Shown: positions 1 to 8,835 of the stretch, piece by piece
How the letters are laid out: each line of letters opens with the position of its first letter
Numbering within the stretch: position 1 is the stretch's first letter
Made by a program: the position numbers and the translations under genes
NCBI RefSeq assembly: GCF_048403405.1
Contig: NZ_CP183129.1
Reading direction: 5' to 3' (one strand)
Source: Escherichia coli
GTDB lineage: Bacteria > Pseudomonadota > Gammaproteobacteria > Enterobacterales > Enterobacteriaceae
DNA length: 64,000 bases
Notes under the pieces: generated by a model
What the model was told of the DNA's origin: nothing
Database searches by the model: none
Seen by the model: the letters and a program-made list of their open reading frames with translations, nothing else

Positions 1-264
1 GAAGCTATTTATGGCAATTATCAAAATAATGTTTTAGCCAATATTATTTTCGTCGACTTCCAGCAACAAGGTGCAAGAGGACTGACGAACGCGCCTGATG
101 AAGATCCGGACGATTTAAGCACGGGATATTACGGTTCAGCGTACCGGTCACCGGAAAACTGGACGACGGCACTGCGAAGCAGTCATTTCAGCGCGGCAGC
201 CCGTCGGGGGATTATTTCTGACAGGTTTGTAGAAGCAATTTTGCAGTTTTGGCGCGAAAGGTGA
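1..264 (+). CDS. 3' end of an unidentified protein-coding gene (5' part lies outside the window)
   Basis: Frame +1 is open from base 1 to TGA at 262-264 (EAIYGNYQNN...ILQFWRER*). It is absent from the ORF track because it has no start in the window. No family recognised. Confidence 0.4.
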   Translation, partial: EAIYGNYQNNVLANIIFVDFQQQGARGLTNAPDEDPDDLSTGYYGSAYRSPENWTTALRSSHFSAAARRGIISDRFVEAILQFWRER

Positions 265-271
265 GCGTTCA

Positions 272-922
272 TTAATTTGATTTATTTGCATCCATCAACG
301 CTTTTAACTGCTCCGGCGAAAACGGTGGTTTGCGTCGGTGCAGCATCGCATGGCAATTAGGGCACACAGGAAGCAAATCATTAACTGGATCCAGCTGGTA
401 ATCCTCTTTAATGGCTGAAAGCGGCACCAGGTGATGCATATGGATAAAGCCTTCTGCGATATCACCATAGATCTTCACCAGATCAACGCCGCATACGTTG
501 CACTGGCATCCATGATGTTCGACCGCTTTATCTCGGGCCTTTTTATCGCGTTCATAGCGGTTTACTGTCACCTTTATCGCCGCACCTTCAACGTATGTCT
601 CCTGCGACGGCAACTCATCCGGGAACAGAACGTCGGCTATGGTAGCTGCAGCGGCTTTATCCTGATGAATATGAAATCCCTGCTCTATGAGTAGCTTGAC
701 ACATTTAGATTTTATTCCGCCGGTGAAATCCGCAGGGGTAAATTGCGTCCCCGTCATCAATGTCGCTGCGATGCCAGCAATCGCCTTCGAGGGGTAACGT
801 CGGCCATGATATTCAATCTCATACAACCGTGCAGGCTGGAACTGATGAGTTTCTCCCGCATCCCATAAATGGATAGCTTCGATGATATACCGCCGCGGAA
901 GATGGTCGGGAAGTTTATTCAT
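272..922 (-). CDS. HNH endonuclease with an N-terminal putative DNA-recognition domain (type IV restriction-like)
   Basis: 216-aa ORF. The C-terminal HNH/zinc motif is visible: CQCNVCG...HMHHLVPLS...VCPNCHAMLH. The roughly 100-aa N-terminal domain (YIIEAIHLWDAGE...YHGRRYPSKAIAGIA) is unassigned. Convergent with the partial gene at 1-264. Confidence 0.8.
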   Translation of the reverse strand: MNKLPDHLPRRYIIEAIHLWDAGETHQFQPARLYEIEYHGRRYPSKAIAGIAATLMTGTQFTPADFTGGIKSKCVKLLIEQGFHIHQDKAAAATIADVLFPDELPSQETYVEGAAIKVTVNRYERDKKARDKAVEHHGCQCNVCGVDLVKIYGDIAEGFIHMHHLVPLSAIKEDYQLDPVNDLLPVCPNCHAMLHRRKPPFSPEQLKALMDANKSN

Positions 923-1001
923 GGGGAATACCCTTATACGTTCTCAGAACAGGCAGCAAAAAAACAAATGAGATCAAGGTAATATATCTTCACTTGCAGG
1001 C

Positions 1002-1244
1002 TTGAACAGCAGAAAATTTGCGAGCATGATCGCAATTATTTCACTGCCAGGGATATCAATGGCTTCCAGTAAATCGCTACAGCAGGCAATTGCCAATATA
1101 AAAATCTGGCATAAGGGTGAACAGCGCGCACCGCATAAGCCATTGTTATTGCTATACGTATTAGCGGGATACCTGAATGGACATCCACGCCTTTTCGATT
1201 ATTGTAGTGGAACAGTCTACGAGGATGCAGTTCGAAGTGAGTAA
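1002..1244 (+). pseudogene. Truncated N-terminal fragment of a restriction-endonuclease-like protein
   Basis: 80-aa ORF containing WHKGEQRAPHKPLLLLYVLAGYL. I recall this motif type from N-termini of modified-DNA-binding HNH restriction proteins (ScoMcrA-like, phosphorothioate-binding class). The ORF stops after 80 codons with no catalytic domain following. Confidence 0.4.
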
Positions 1245-1300
1245 GTAAAGGTTGCTGGAAACGATCAATGCCGCCATACAATGATATTTGAGGATCAACA

Positions 1301-1486
1301 ATGAGTAATAAAAACTACGAAAGTCACCGCAAAGCGATTGTTAGTAAAGGTATACCACCCGCTCTATTAAATAGGCTCACCAATTCGGATGTTCAGGTGA
1401 TCAATACCTTCTTAACACGAGTGAGCAAACTGGAACTATCTCAACAAGAGAAAGACTGGATCATAAAAATCATCTCTATGGTTTAG
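1301..1486 (+). CDS. Small hypothetical protein (61 aa)
   Basis: ATG preceded by GAGGA about 6 nt upstream. No recognisable family. Convergent with the AbiEii-like gene. Confidence 0.3.
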   Translation: MSNKNYESHRKAIVSKGIPPALLNRLTNSDVQVINTFLTRVSKLELSQQEKDWIIKIISMV

Positions 1487-1523
1487 AGAATTTCAGAATT
1501 TCAAGTAAAGACAATGCTGCATA

Positions 1524-2471
1524 TCAAGCATTCAGGATGGCTAGCGCTAAGCTCCTAAACCTGGAGTAAACCTCATCCCATGTGATCTTTCGCTCTCCAT
1601 ACACCATTGGCGAAACAAACTGCTGATAGCGCATCTGGTAGAGAGGATTGTTCGCCAACTCATCCAGTCCCATTTTTAGCTCATCAACTGGAGACGCGCA
1701 AAACTGCGGGTACTGGTTGCCGTAACGCTGAATGTCCTGCTCAATAGTTTGTTGAACAAAATCAACGAGCAGACTCATATCAACATGACTCGTCTCAACA
1801 ATACAGTTTGTATCGTAGATATGACGTACCAGCGATGCATCATCAAATCGCTCAACATCTCGCACAACTGCCGCAGTACGACGTAACATCGCCACCAGCT
1901 TTTCAGCCTGTGTGCTAATGATAGTTGCGCATGGAAACGCTGAAACAATAGCCGCTTTTCCCGTGATCCCTGTTACCAGTGAATGAATATCCCGTAATTC
2001 AGAAGGCTCCAGTAACTTCGCTTCCATCAATTCCAGCCGGATAAAAGGACGCAAACAAGGTGCCTGCACCACTCGCTGTGGATAACGAACAGGTATGTCA
2101 TTATAACGATATTCATCCCGCGTCACTTTTGGGTAATCATCATCAAAATTGAACACACCCGATGAAGCTATTGCACTGGAAACTGCCTGAACAATTTCTT
2201 TACGGGTATTTTTTCGCTGAGTGCGGGAAAGTGCCTGAAATGCATCCTTAGGCACCAGTTTGATATCCACATCTTCCGACATGCGATTAAGTGCGACACC
2301 TGATTTTGCCAGAGCGGTTCCTCCGGCAAACACCAATTGATGAGTATCGAACACCAGAGGTTTAAGCAATTGCAAAAGCTCAACGATATAGTGATCTTTT
2401 TCCACAATTGCGACAGACTCAATACCAAGCGCGTCAGCCACTTCAGAAAAAAGAGTGGTTAAATCATCCAT
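1524..2471 (-). CDS. Nucleotidyltransferase, AbiEii/AbiGii toxin family (DUF1814-like)
   Basis: 315-aa ORF. Its size, the N-terminal region (EKDHYIVELL...LVFAGGTALAKS...RMSEDVDI) and the 8-nt overlap with an upstream small wHTH-like gene fit the AbiEi/AbiEii type IV TA layout. Confidence 0.7.
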   Translation of the reverse strand: MDDLTTLFSEVADALGIESVAIVEKDHYIVELLQLLKPLVFDTHQLVFAGGTALAKSGVALNRMSEDVDIKLVPKDAFQALSRTQRKNTRKEIVQAVSSAIASSGVFNFDDDYPKVTRDEYRYNDIPVRYPQRVVQAPCLRPFIRLELMEAKLLEPSELRDIHSLVTGITGKAAIVSAFPCATIISTQAEKLVAMLRRTAAVVRDVERFDDASLVRHIYDTNCIVETSHVDMSLLVDFVQQTIEQDIQRYGNQYPQFCASPVDELKMGLDELANNPLYQMRYQQFVSPMVYGERKITWDEVYSRFRSLALAILNA

Positions 2472-2859
2472 TTAATCTGCTGTTCCCTACAGATAATACG
2501 CGTTTAAAACGCCGGGGGGTTTTTATCTCGGGTGAAGCTGGGATCTGCGTAGAAGTACCGCTATTGTATGCCTGCGTTGCGCCAGCAAAACGATAGCGTA
2601 CTTTCAGGCGTTCCAGCGTTTCGACAATCACCGCTGAAGAGCCTCCGGGAGCCGCTGGCATTACCTTGCCTGTAATACCGTTCCGCCGTGCTTTGGTATA
2701 CACGCCATAACCAACCTTCAACAGTTGCCCTTCCCTGACAAGCTCGCGCAATACCCGACCAACCTGATCGTAGCCTGCAATATCTTTAAAGTCGTCACGA
2801 GTGAATACGTAACGTTTAGAACGTTTCAGTCGTGACTGAATGCGTGCTTTTATCGTCAT
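2464..2859 (-). CDS. AbiEi/DUF6088-like antitoxin or transcriptional regulator
   Basis: I chose the start MTIKARIQ... (ATG at 2857-2859) because AGGAGG lies 5 nt upstream, giving 131 aa. The product contains VFTRDDFKDIAGYDQVGRVLRELVREGQLLKVGYGVYTKA, a winged-helix-like segment typical of AbiEi N-termini. It overlaps the toxin start by 8 nt. Confidence 0.6.
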   Translation of the reverse strand: MTIKARIQSRLKRSKRYVFTRDDFKDIAGYDQVGRVLRELVREGQLLKVGYGVYTKARRNGITGKVMPAAPGGSSAVIVETLERLKVRYRFAGATQAYNSGTSTQIPASPEIKTPRRFKRVLSVGNSRLNG

Positions 2860-2928
2860 ATTCGCCTCCTGAGTCATTGCATAAAGAGTAGCAAAAATAC
2901 GACATTTTAGATAGCAAACATACGACAT

Positions 2929-3783
2929 TCATTTTGCTGATAACGCTGACGGAAAGTGCTTCGCCACGATATCATTCATCTTCTCCACCAGATCCAAACG
3001 TTTGAAAGTGATATGCCCACTGCCCTTCTGAAAGTAGCGAATAGTGAACAACTCATCTTCGAAAATCTGCTGATGCGGATTATCGCGCACAAAATCCATA
3101 AACCGGATGGAGATATCATGCCGATTATCGGGGATAGGTTTGCCATCCAGCAAATAGAGCATACGCTCCAGATCGGCAAGCTGATCTCGCCGCCAGCCCC
3201 AGTTCAGGCTGTAGCCCCATCTGTCATGATTCACCAGATTGTTAACGATAATCTTCTTACCGAAATAACAGGGATTATTGGTTTTGTAGTCCCAGCTCAA
3301 TCCCTTAAATACATTGATAACCCCACGTTCGAAAACGTCCTGCTTATTGTGGTGGAGTTGTTCAAAGGTACTCAGGATGTTGGCTTCGCTAATCGCCGGG
3401 AGATCGCCCTCCTCCAGGTTCTTTGCCCACTGACTGCGAGCTTCGGCATCCATCAGAGTCAACATACCGGACTTCAGCATGAGCTCGCGCCAGATGCTGC
3501 GGTCGATATTGCGGGTGATCACCGGCATCGCTTTGTCGGTTGGCTGCATCAGCCAGCAGTCAAAGGCATATCCATTCCGCATTGCCCAGGTTCCAGCCAC
3601 ATCACCGCCAATACTGGATGTCAGGCTGGAGATATCATGAAGTTTTTGGATTAACGTCGCTATCTGGTTCAGTGCACTATCACGACCCGTCACGATACGC
3701 TCAATGCTGGTCGAGCAAATTAGCTCGTTATGATCGGTTAAGACTTCAGCTTCTGTTTGCATAATCTTTTGTCCGTATAGCAA
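2929..3783 (-). CDS. DUF4942-like protein (the YeeW-position gene of CP4-type islands)
   Basis: 284-aa ORF directly downstream of the CbtA-like toxin, where CP4-type elements carry DUF4942/YeeW. The start is ambiguous (M1 at 3783 or M8 at 3762). Confidence 0.55.
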   Translation of the reverse strand: MLYGQKIMQTEAEVLTDHNELICSTSIERIVTGRDSALNQIATLIQKLHDISSLTSSIGGDVAGTWAMRNGYAFDCWLMQPTDKAMPVITRNIDRSIWRELMLKSGMLTLMDAEARSQWAKNLEEGDLPAISEANILSTFEQLHHNKQDVFERGVINVFKGLSWDYKTNNPCYFGKKIIVNNLVNHDRWGYSLNWGWRRDQLADLERMLYLLDGKPIPDNRHDISIRFMDFVRDNPHQQIFEDELFTIRYFQKGSGHITFKRLDLVEKMNDIVAKHFPSALSAK

Positions 3784-3873
3784 ATGCGCCAGCCATGAAC
3801 AGCAGGCGCATTATGCAGGGAGTTATGAGAGAAGTAATTTTGGCGATGTAAATCGGGAAGGAGACTCGCAGAT

Positions 3874-4215
3874 TCACCGTGCCGTGGTGTTATGGCAGCG
3901 GCGCAGCAGACCTGTAGCCTGTCGCGCCCGTAAAATATCGACCGCACGAAGATAAGGCGTCTGTTCCTTCCAGCTAAATCCTTTCCTGTCGATACGGATC
4001 AATTCGTACTTCTCCACCAGAAAATTGACGGCATCGACCAGAGTGATCCCGGCGTCTATGTGTTCCTGAATCACCTTTTCATTGTTGAATGGTGTGTCAT
4101 TAAGATTCAGCCCGTAGTGCTGCTCCAGTAGGCGGGTCAGTAATGTTTGCCAGACCACGACGGGCGACAGGTATGACGTCGTCGCCCGCAGCGTCGTTGC
4201 AGGTATAATTTTCAT
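3874..4215 (-). CDS. CbtA/YeeV/YpjF-family type IV toxin
   Basis: 113 aa. [53 protein letters not shown] closely parallels E. coli CbtA-family toxins as I remember them. Confidence 0.85.
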   Translation of the reverse strand: MKIIPATTLRATTSYLSPVVVWQTLLTRLLEQHYGLNLNDTPFNNEKVIQEHIDAGITLVDAVNFLVEKYELIRIDRKGFSWKEQTPYLRAVDILRARQATGLLRRCHNTTAR

Positions 4216-4245
4216 AACGATGTTCCGTATTAAGGAGGTTAAAAC

Positions 4246-4581
4246 TCAGCGTTGAGCGGGATAAATAGCGATATAGACGTAACCACTGGAACCCAGCGTA
4301 TCGGCTTCGCAGGTTAGTTCTTTGGCGTATAGCGTGACGGTACGTTGTTGGCAGGGGGAGAGTTCACCGTCAGCCAGTTTCAGCTCCAGTTGTTTCATCA
4401 GCACCGGAAAAGCCTGGTCGATATGCAGCAGATCCGGGGAGCTGAATTTCCCGGTGATTGCGGCCCGATCAGCCAGGTAATGCAGGTTATGTCTTTCCTG
4501 TACCAGTCGAGCAGTGAAGCGTGGTGTTACGGTACAGGGAAGCCCCCATTCTTGTTGCATGACCTTGTCCTTTTGCAGCAT
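4246..4581 (-). CDS. CbeA/YeeU/YfjZ-family type IV antitoxin
   Basis: 111 aa. WGLPCTVTPRFTARLVQERHNLHYLADRAAITG...DQAFPVLMKQLELKL...TVTLYAKELTCEADTLGSSGYVYIAIYP matches the CbeA family. Its start overlaps the radC-like stop (TAATG). Confidence 0.85.
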   Translation of the reverse strand: MLQKDKVMQQEWGLPCTVTPRFTARLVQERHNLHYLADRAAITGKFSSPDLLHIDQAFPVLMKQLELKLADGELSPCQQRTVTLYAKELTCEADTLGSSGYVYIAIYPAQR

Positions 4582-5054
4582 TACAACCAGCCCCGTTCGG
4601 CAAAAGAGAGGACATCCCCCGCCCCAATAATGAAATGATCCAGCACCCTCACTTTCACCAAATCCAGTGTCTTAACAATATTCGTTGTAATAAGTCTGTC
4701 GGCCCGACTGGGTTCCGTCACGCCGGAGGGATGGTTATGCGCAAGGATCACTGCTGCGGCATTGTGCCGTAGCGCAGATTTCACAATCTCACGGGGATGT
4801 ACTTCTGTGCTGTTAATCGTGCCGAGAAATAGCGTTTCGTGTTCCAGCAGTCGGTTCTGGTTATCGAGGTAGAGCACAACAAACATTTCCCGCTCCTGTC
4901 GTGCCAGATGCAGTTGCAGCCAGGTTTTTGTGGAGTCAGAGGAAAGAAAAGATTCGCCAGGATTGCGTTGATATTTCTCCAGCAGACGCATCGCACGGCG
5001 GATAACGCGTTGTTCACTCACCGAAAATACCGGTGTTAGCATCAGTTCAGACAT
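4581..5054 (-). CDS. RadC-like JAB/MPN domain protein (YeeS/YkfG/YfjY family)
   Basis: 157 aa. The JAMM-type motif LAHNHPSGVTEPSRAD is visible. This is the typical CP4-type island position, upstream of the cbeA/cbtA pair. Confidence 0.85.
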   Translation of the reverse strand: MSELMLTPVFSVSEQRVIRRAMRLLEKYQRNPGESFLSSDSTKTWLQLHLARQEREMFVVLYLDNQNRLLEHETLFLGTINSTEVHPREIVKSALRHNAAAVILAHNHPSGVTEPSRADRLITTNIVKTLDLVKVRVLDHFIIGAGDVLSFAERGWL

Positions 5055-5083
5055 CGTATTTCCTTTACTATTAATAGCGTTGT

Positions 5084-5902
5084 TTATGAGGCCAGTTGCA
5101 ACATGTTTTCAGCCATCACCCACAGGGCGCGGTTGAGCCTGACATCGCCGTCGATGCCTTTAATGGCGCGGGTGTGCGTGCGACCACCTTTTGCCGTCCG
5201 CCCGTTTAAACCACCTTTGATCAGGTTCTCCTGAATACGCTGGTAGGTCGTCCACAGATCGCCGGATTCATCCTGCCAGCGGCGGGGAGCCAGCAACTGG
5301 GATTCCGTCACCGGCTGGTGCTCTTCGCCAAAGCGGTACGTCAGCGCCGCCTTTGCCAGCGCCTGTTGCGCAGGGGGAGGCAGCATCAGCGACTGCATGG
5401 CATCGCGTTTCTCTTCTACCTGGTCAAAAACACTGAGGACTTCATAAGCGCCTTCAATCACTTTCTCCACCACATTGCCTTTATGCGGTACCCGTACTTC
5501 ACCAAACGACTCGCCGCAGACCAGTCCGTTACAACAAACAGATCGAAACAGCCCTGGCAGCATCTGATAAGAACTGGAACCGTCATGGCTGTTGAGCAGA
5601 ATAATTTCCGGCACCTGGTTGCGATTGATCTTGTCTTCCCGGCGCAGACGCAGCATGTGTTTTGTATGCTCACGTTTACCCACATCACGAACACGGGTCT
5701 GGCAGGCAAAAAAAGGATGAAATCCTTCACGCTGGAGGTTATCGAGCAGGGTAATGGTGGGAATATAGGTATAGCGTTCGCTGCGTGATTCGTGCTTATT
5801 TTCCCCGAATACGCTGGGGACATACTGCATCAATTCGTCATGCGTTAATGGGCGATCGCGACGGATTTGATTTACGCGGCCAAAGCGGCTGGCTAAATTC
5901 AT
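5084..5902 (-). CDS. DUF932-family protein (YfjQ-like)
   Basis: 272-aa ORF. Its size and synteny (upstream of radC-like and cbeA/cbtA) match the conserved DUF932 gene of CP4-type islands. Assignment is from memory. Confidence 0.65.
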   Translation of the reverse strand: MNLASRFGRVNQIRRDRPLTHDELMQYVPSVFGENKHESRSERYTYIPTITLLDNLQREGFHPFFACQTRVRDVGKREHTKHMLRLRREDKINRNQVPEIILLNSHDGSSSYQMLPGLFRSVCCNGLVCGESFGEVRVPHKGNVVEKVIEGAYEVLSVFDQVEEKRDAMQSLMLPPPAQQALAKAALTYRFGEEHQPVTESQLLAPRRWQDESGDLWTTYQRIQENLIKGGLNGRTAKGGRTHTRAIKGIDGDVRLNRALWVMAENMLQLAS

Positions 5903-6089
5903 GGTAAATTCCTTAATAAAGAATATAAAAAACAGGGCCGCAGCTTCTGAAAAATTGCGGCTAATTTAATGCGTGATTAAAACGGACGGTAGTATAGGTG
6001 GGATAAAATAACAGGTACGTGCAGATATTAAATTACATTCCGGCAGTGCATATATGAAAGTGATATAGTGCTGAAATAATACATATCTG

Positions 6090-6120
6090 AATTCTCCCGG
6101 TGATAGTCACCGGGAGAATT
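6090..6120 (-). terminator. Perfect 14-bp-stem hairpin downstream of the 317-aa gene
   Basis: aattctcccggtga-tag-tcaccgggagaatt. It lies 19 nt after the stop at 6139. There is no strong U-run, so the terminator function is inferred. Confidence 0.45.
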
Positions 6121-6138
6121 TAAGTTTGAAATGACACC

Positions 6139-7092
6139 TCAACCACGGGATAATCTTGTTTCTATTCCCTGAACTCTTTCGTCTATTAACCTTTCAATAA
6201 CAGATATTTTATCTGACTTGTAAAATTCAACCAGAAAATCCAGACGCTCTTTATGCGTATCACTGATAGACTCCCGTTCCCGTTTTTCAGAAAGTTTACG
6301 TCTGAAGTTTTTTTGGTAAAACGCTTTATTTATTTTCTTTACCGCTTTCTGCTGGAGATCATCATCCGCTGACCATAAATCCAGCATGGAATAAACGGCG
6401 TGATAGGTTTCTACACTATTAAGTGGTTCCGGGATCTGAACGGGGTCCAACTGGTTTCCTATATTACTACCGTGCTCTTTCTGGAATTTATTAATGTAAT
6501 TATAAGCCCATATACAGACTTCGTCATTATCCTCATTAAGCCAGCGTAATTTTATTCTCTTATGTTCATTTGCCCTCCAGAATACAAGCCTCTCATATAG
6601 CCACTGTCTCATCAACGGTGCCTGATTAGTCTCAATATTAATATAGTCCAGTAATGCAACGATGATTGAGTATCTTTCGCTATGGCTTGCAGGAGAATCT
6701 GTTATTCCGGCTTTCTGATACCAGTTAATGTTTAAATTTGTGCCCAGCTTTTCGTTAATTGACTCCATACAGCGGTAATCAAGACACATCACGCCCCATA
6801 GCCAGAACGTCGCTCTTTCATTTTCTTTTAACCAACTAAAATATTTCTCCGGCAGAAGCATCGTATTAATCGACAGCTCCAGTGAGCGAATAAAATTACT
6901 TCGCTGAATGGGATCGGGATACCCGGCCTCGAGGGCTGTATTAATAATTCTCTCCGAAAGAGATGTATCTGGATTGTTCCCGTCAAACGCAAATTGATTT
7001 GCTCCCTGAATGTTTTTCCTGATGTACCAGAAAAGAAACCTGCTGGTTCGGATGTCCTTCACTGCTATTGATGAGCGCACATTAACGGCCAT
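6139..7092 (-). CDS. Hypothetical protein (317 aa), family not recognised
   Basis: Long AT-rich ORF with its own 5' region and a downstream hairpin. No motifs recognised. Confidence 0.55.
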   Translation of the reverse strand: MAVNVRSSIAVKDIRTSRFLFWYIRKNIQGANQFAFDGNNPDTSLSERIINTALEAGYPDPIQRSNFIRSLELSINTMLLPEKYFSWLKENERATFWLWGVMCLDYRCMESINEKLGTNLNINWYQKAGITDSPASHSERYSIIVALLDYINIETNQAPLMRQWLYERLVFWRANEHKRIKLRWLNEDNDEVCIWAYNYINKFQKEHGSNIGNQLDPVQIPEPLNSVETYHAVYSMLDLWSADDDLQQKAVKKINKAFYQKNFRRKLSEKRERESISDTHKERLDFLVEFYKSDKISVIERLIDERVQGIETRLSRG

Positions 7093-7683
7093 TGTTCTAC
7101 CTCGTCATCCTTGTTAAATCAGTCGAAATCAATAGCGTAATTATGACGTGTTTTCGAAGTAAAACCGTAGCAATAAATCAATAAAAGTGGAAAACACGTA
7201 GTAATATCGTATTATTCCATAGTAATAGAGTACCATTAACGTAGTTTTTTATTTATCACCATACTCACAGCTTCCGCCCGTAGAAAACGGCTGGATAGTC
7301 TTCAATTTTTCCACGTATAGCCCTGGTGGCTTTACGGGTGAAACCTCCCAGGATAACGAGTTGACATCTGGAAGATGTCATTCATGACCGCACTCATAGA
7401 TTAAATCAATGTATTAATTATAACTTAAGTGTAAAACTCTTTGTCTTCAAGAACAGATAATTAACTACGAACACCAGTAAATACCGGGCTTCTACTCTTT
7501 TTATCACCCTTTCTTTATGAATCAACATTGCCGGTATTAATATTATGTTTATCACTCATTCATTAGATTCAGCATATAGAGGGATGACACCAGAGACAGG
7601 GAAAAGTAATCCAGATCGGCATAGTTCAGTGAAAAGTTACTACAGCACTTATGGATATGTAACCAACCACAAGGAACTGAAGC

Positions 7684-8298
7684 ATGAAACTGAATGAACG
7701 ATATGGCAAGCCTAATGCACACTATATGAAACGTCTGGAAGAGATTACCCGTTATGCGATGGATGATTACGCCAGAATACTGGCTTTCAGAGTGGATTTA
7801 TTACTGCCAGTGGATAATAGCCATAAAGGGTATGACTCAGCGGTTATTACCCGTTTTATAGCCTCACTGAAAGCGCAGATAGCCGCATATTTACAACGGC
7901 GCAGGAGAGACGGTAAACGTGTTTATCCCTGTAAGCTGCGATATGCATGGGTAAGAGAATTTGGTGAACTGAATGGCAACAAGCATTATCACATGCTGTT
8001 GCTGGTTAATCGGGAAGTATTCAGAAACACCATGCTGAATACGGAGAATTCAGCGCAACCTCGCGGATTGCTGGTGGGAATGGTGGCGCGGGCATGGGCT
8101 GTGGCGCTTAGGCGTACCGGAGATATGGCAAATAAAGTCCCCTTTCATTTACCGGGCGTCTCTTATGAACTTGATCGCAGAAATGGCACAAATACGGACT
8201 TTTTCCGCAGCTACATATATCACATCAGTTATCTGGCGAAGGAGTACACCAAAAACCACGATGACGGTGAACGTAACTTTGGTTGTAGTCAGGGATAA
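7684..8298 (+). CDS. YagK/YfjJ-family protein (inovirus Gp2-like)
   Basis: 204 aa. The N-terminus (YMKRLEEITRYAMDDYARILAFRVDLLLP...) and HYHMLLLVN resemble the YagK/YfjJ proteins of CP4-type elements. Confidence 0.65.
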   Translation: MKLNERYGKPNAHYMKRLEEITRYAMDDYARILAFRVDLLLPVDNSHKGYDSAVITRFIASLKAQIAAYLQRRRRDGKRVYPCKLRYAWVREFGELNGNKHYHMLLLVNREVFRNTMLNTENSAQPRGLLVGMVARAWAVALRRTGDMANKVPFHLPGVSYELDRRNGTNTDFFRSYIYHISYLAKEYTKNHDDGERNFGCSQG

Positions 8299-8415
8299 GT
8301 AATTTATTACCGGAGAAGTGATTGTAATGGCGGAGTATGCAACATCATCTTAAATCAACGGGTTAGTGTTGCTGCTCCTGTCTTTTATCAACGTAAAGAC
8401 AGAAGGACAATCGTC

Positions 8416-8634
8416 ATGAGCAATCAACTGAATACCGATACTGACCTGATGAATGACAAACTGGTGACGATGGCATTTATTACCACGTTTACTGGCCTGA
8501 CTGACAAATGGTTTTATAAACTGATTAGTGAAGGCAAGTTTCCAAAGCCTATCAAACTGGGGCGTAGTTCCCGCTGGCGGGAAAGTGAAGTTAAACGCTG
8601 GCTGACGGAACGTATTGAAGAATCCCGCTATTAA
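8416..8634 (+). CDS. AlpA-family phage/island transcriptional regulator (MerR-like HTH)
   Basis: 72 aa. FITTFTGLTDKWFYKLISEGKFPKPIKLGRSSRWRESEVKRWL is the characteristic AlpA-family sequence. Confidence 0.8.
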   Translation: MSNQLNTDTDLMNDKLVTMAFITTFTGLTDKWFYKLISEGKFPKPIKLGRSSRWRESEVKRWLTERIEESRY

Positions 8635-8779
8635 TCCCCTGACACTATCTCTACACGCTTTACCCGTAACGCTATATCAGTGAGCGCCTGACAGGACCGT
8701 TGCGGTGCATCTATCGACGCGTAACTTCATTATACCCGGATGAAATACATTTCGTTTAACGTTGTCGAAAAATAATTAA

Positions 8780-8817
8780 CCGGGGAATAGCCTCCTTATT
8801 TAGCAGGAATTCCCCGG
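8780..8817. terminator. Hairpin between convergent alpA-like and 261-aa genes
   Basis: ccggggaat ... attccccgg. 9-bp stem with a large loop of about 20 nt. Function inferred. Confidence 0.3.
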
Positions 8818-8835
8818 ATGCTGCTACAGGTAAAA

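Noticed and set aside
2956-3654. 232-aa plus-strand ORF
   Set aside because: It is antisense to the DUF4942-like gene, which sits in the conserved CP4-type gene order. It has no RBS or motifs.
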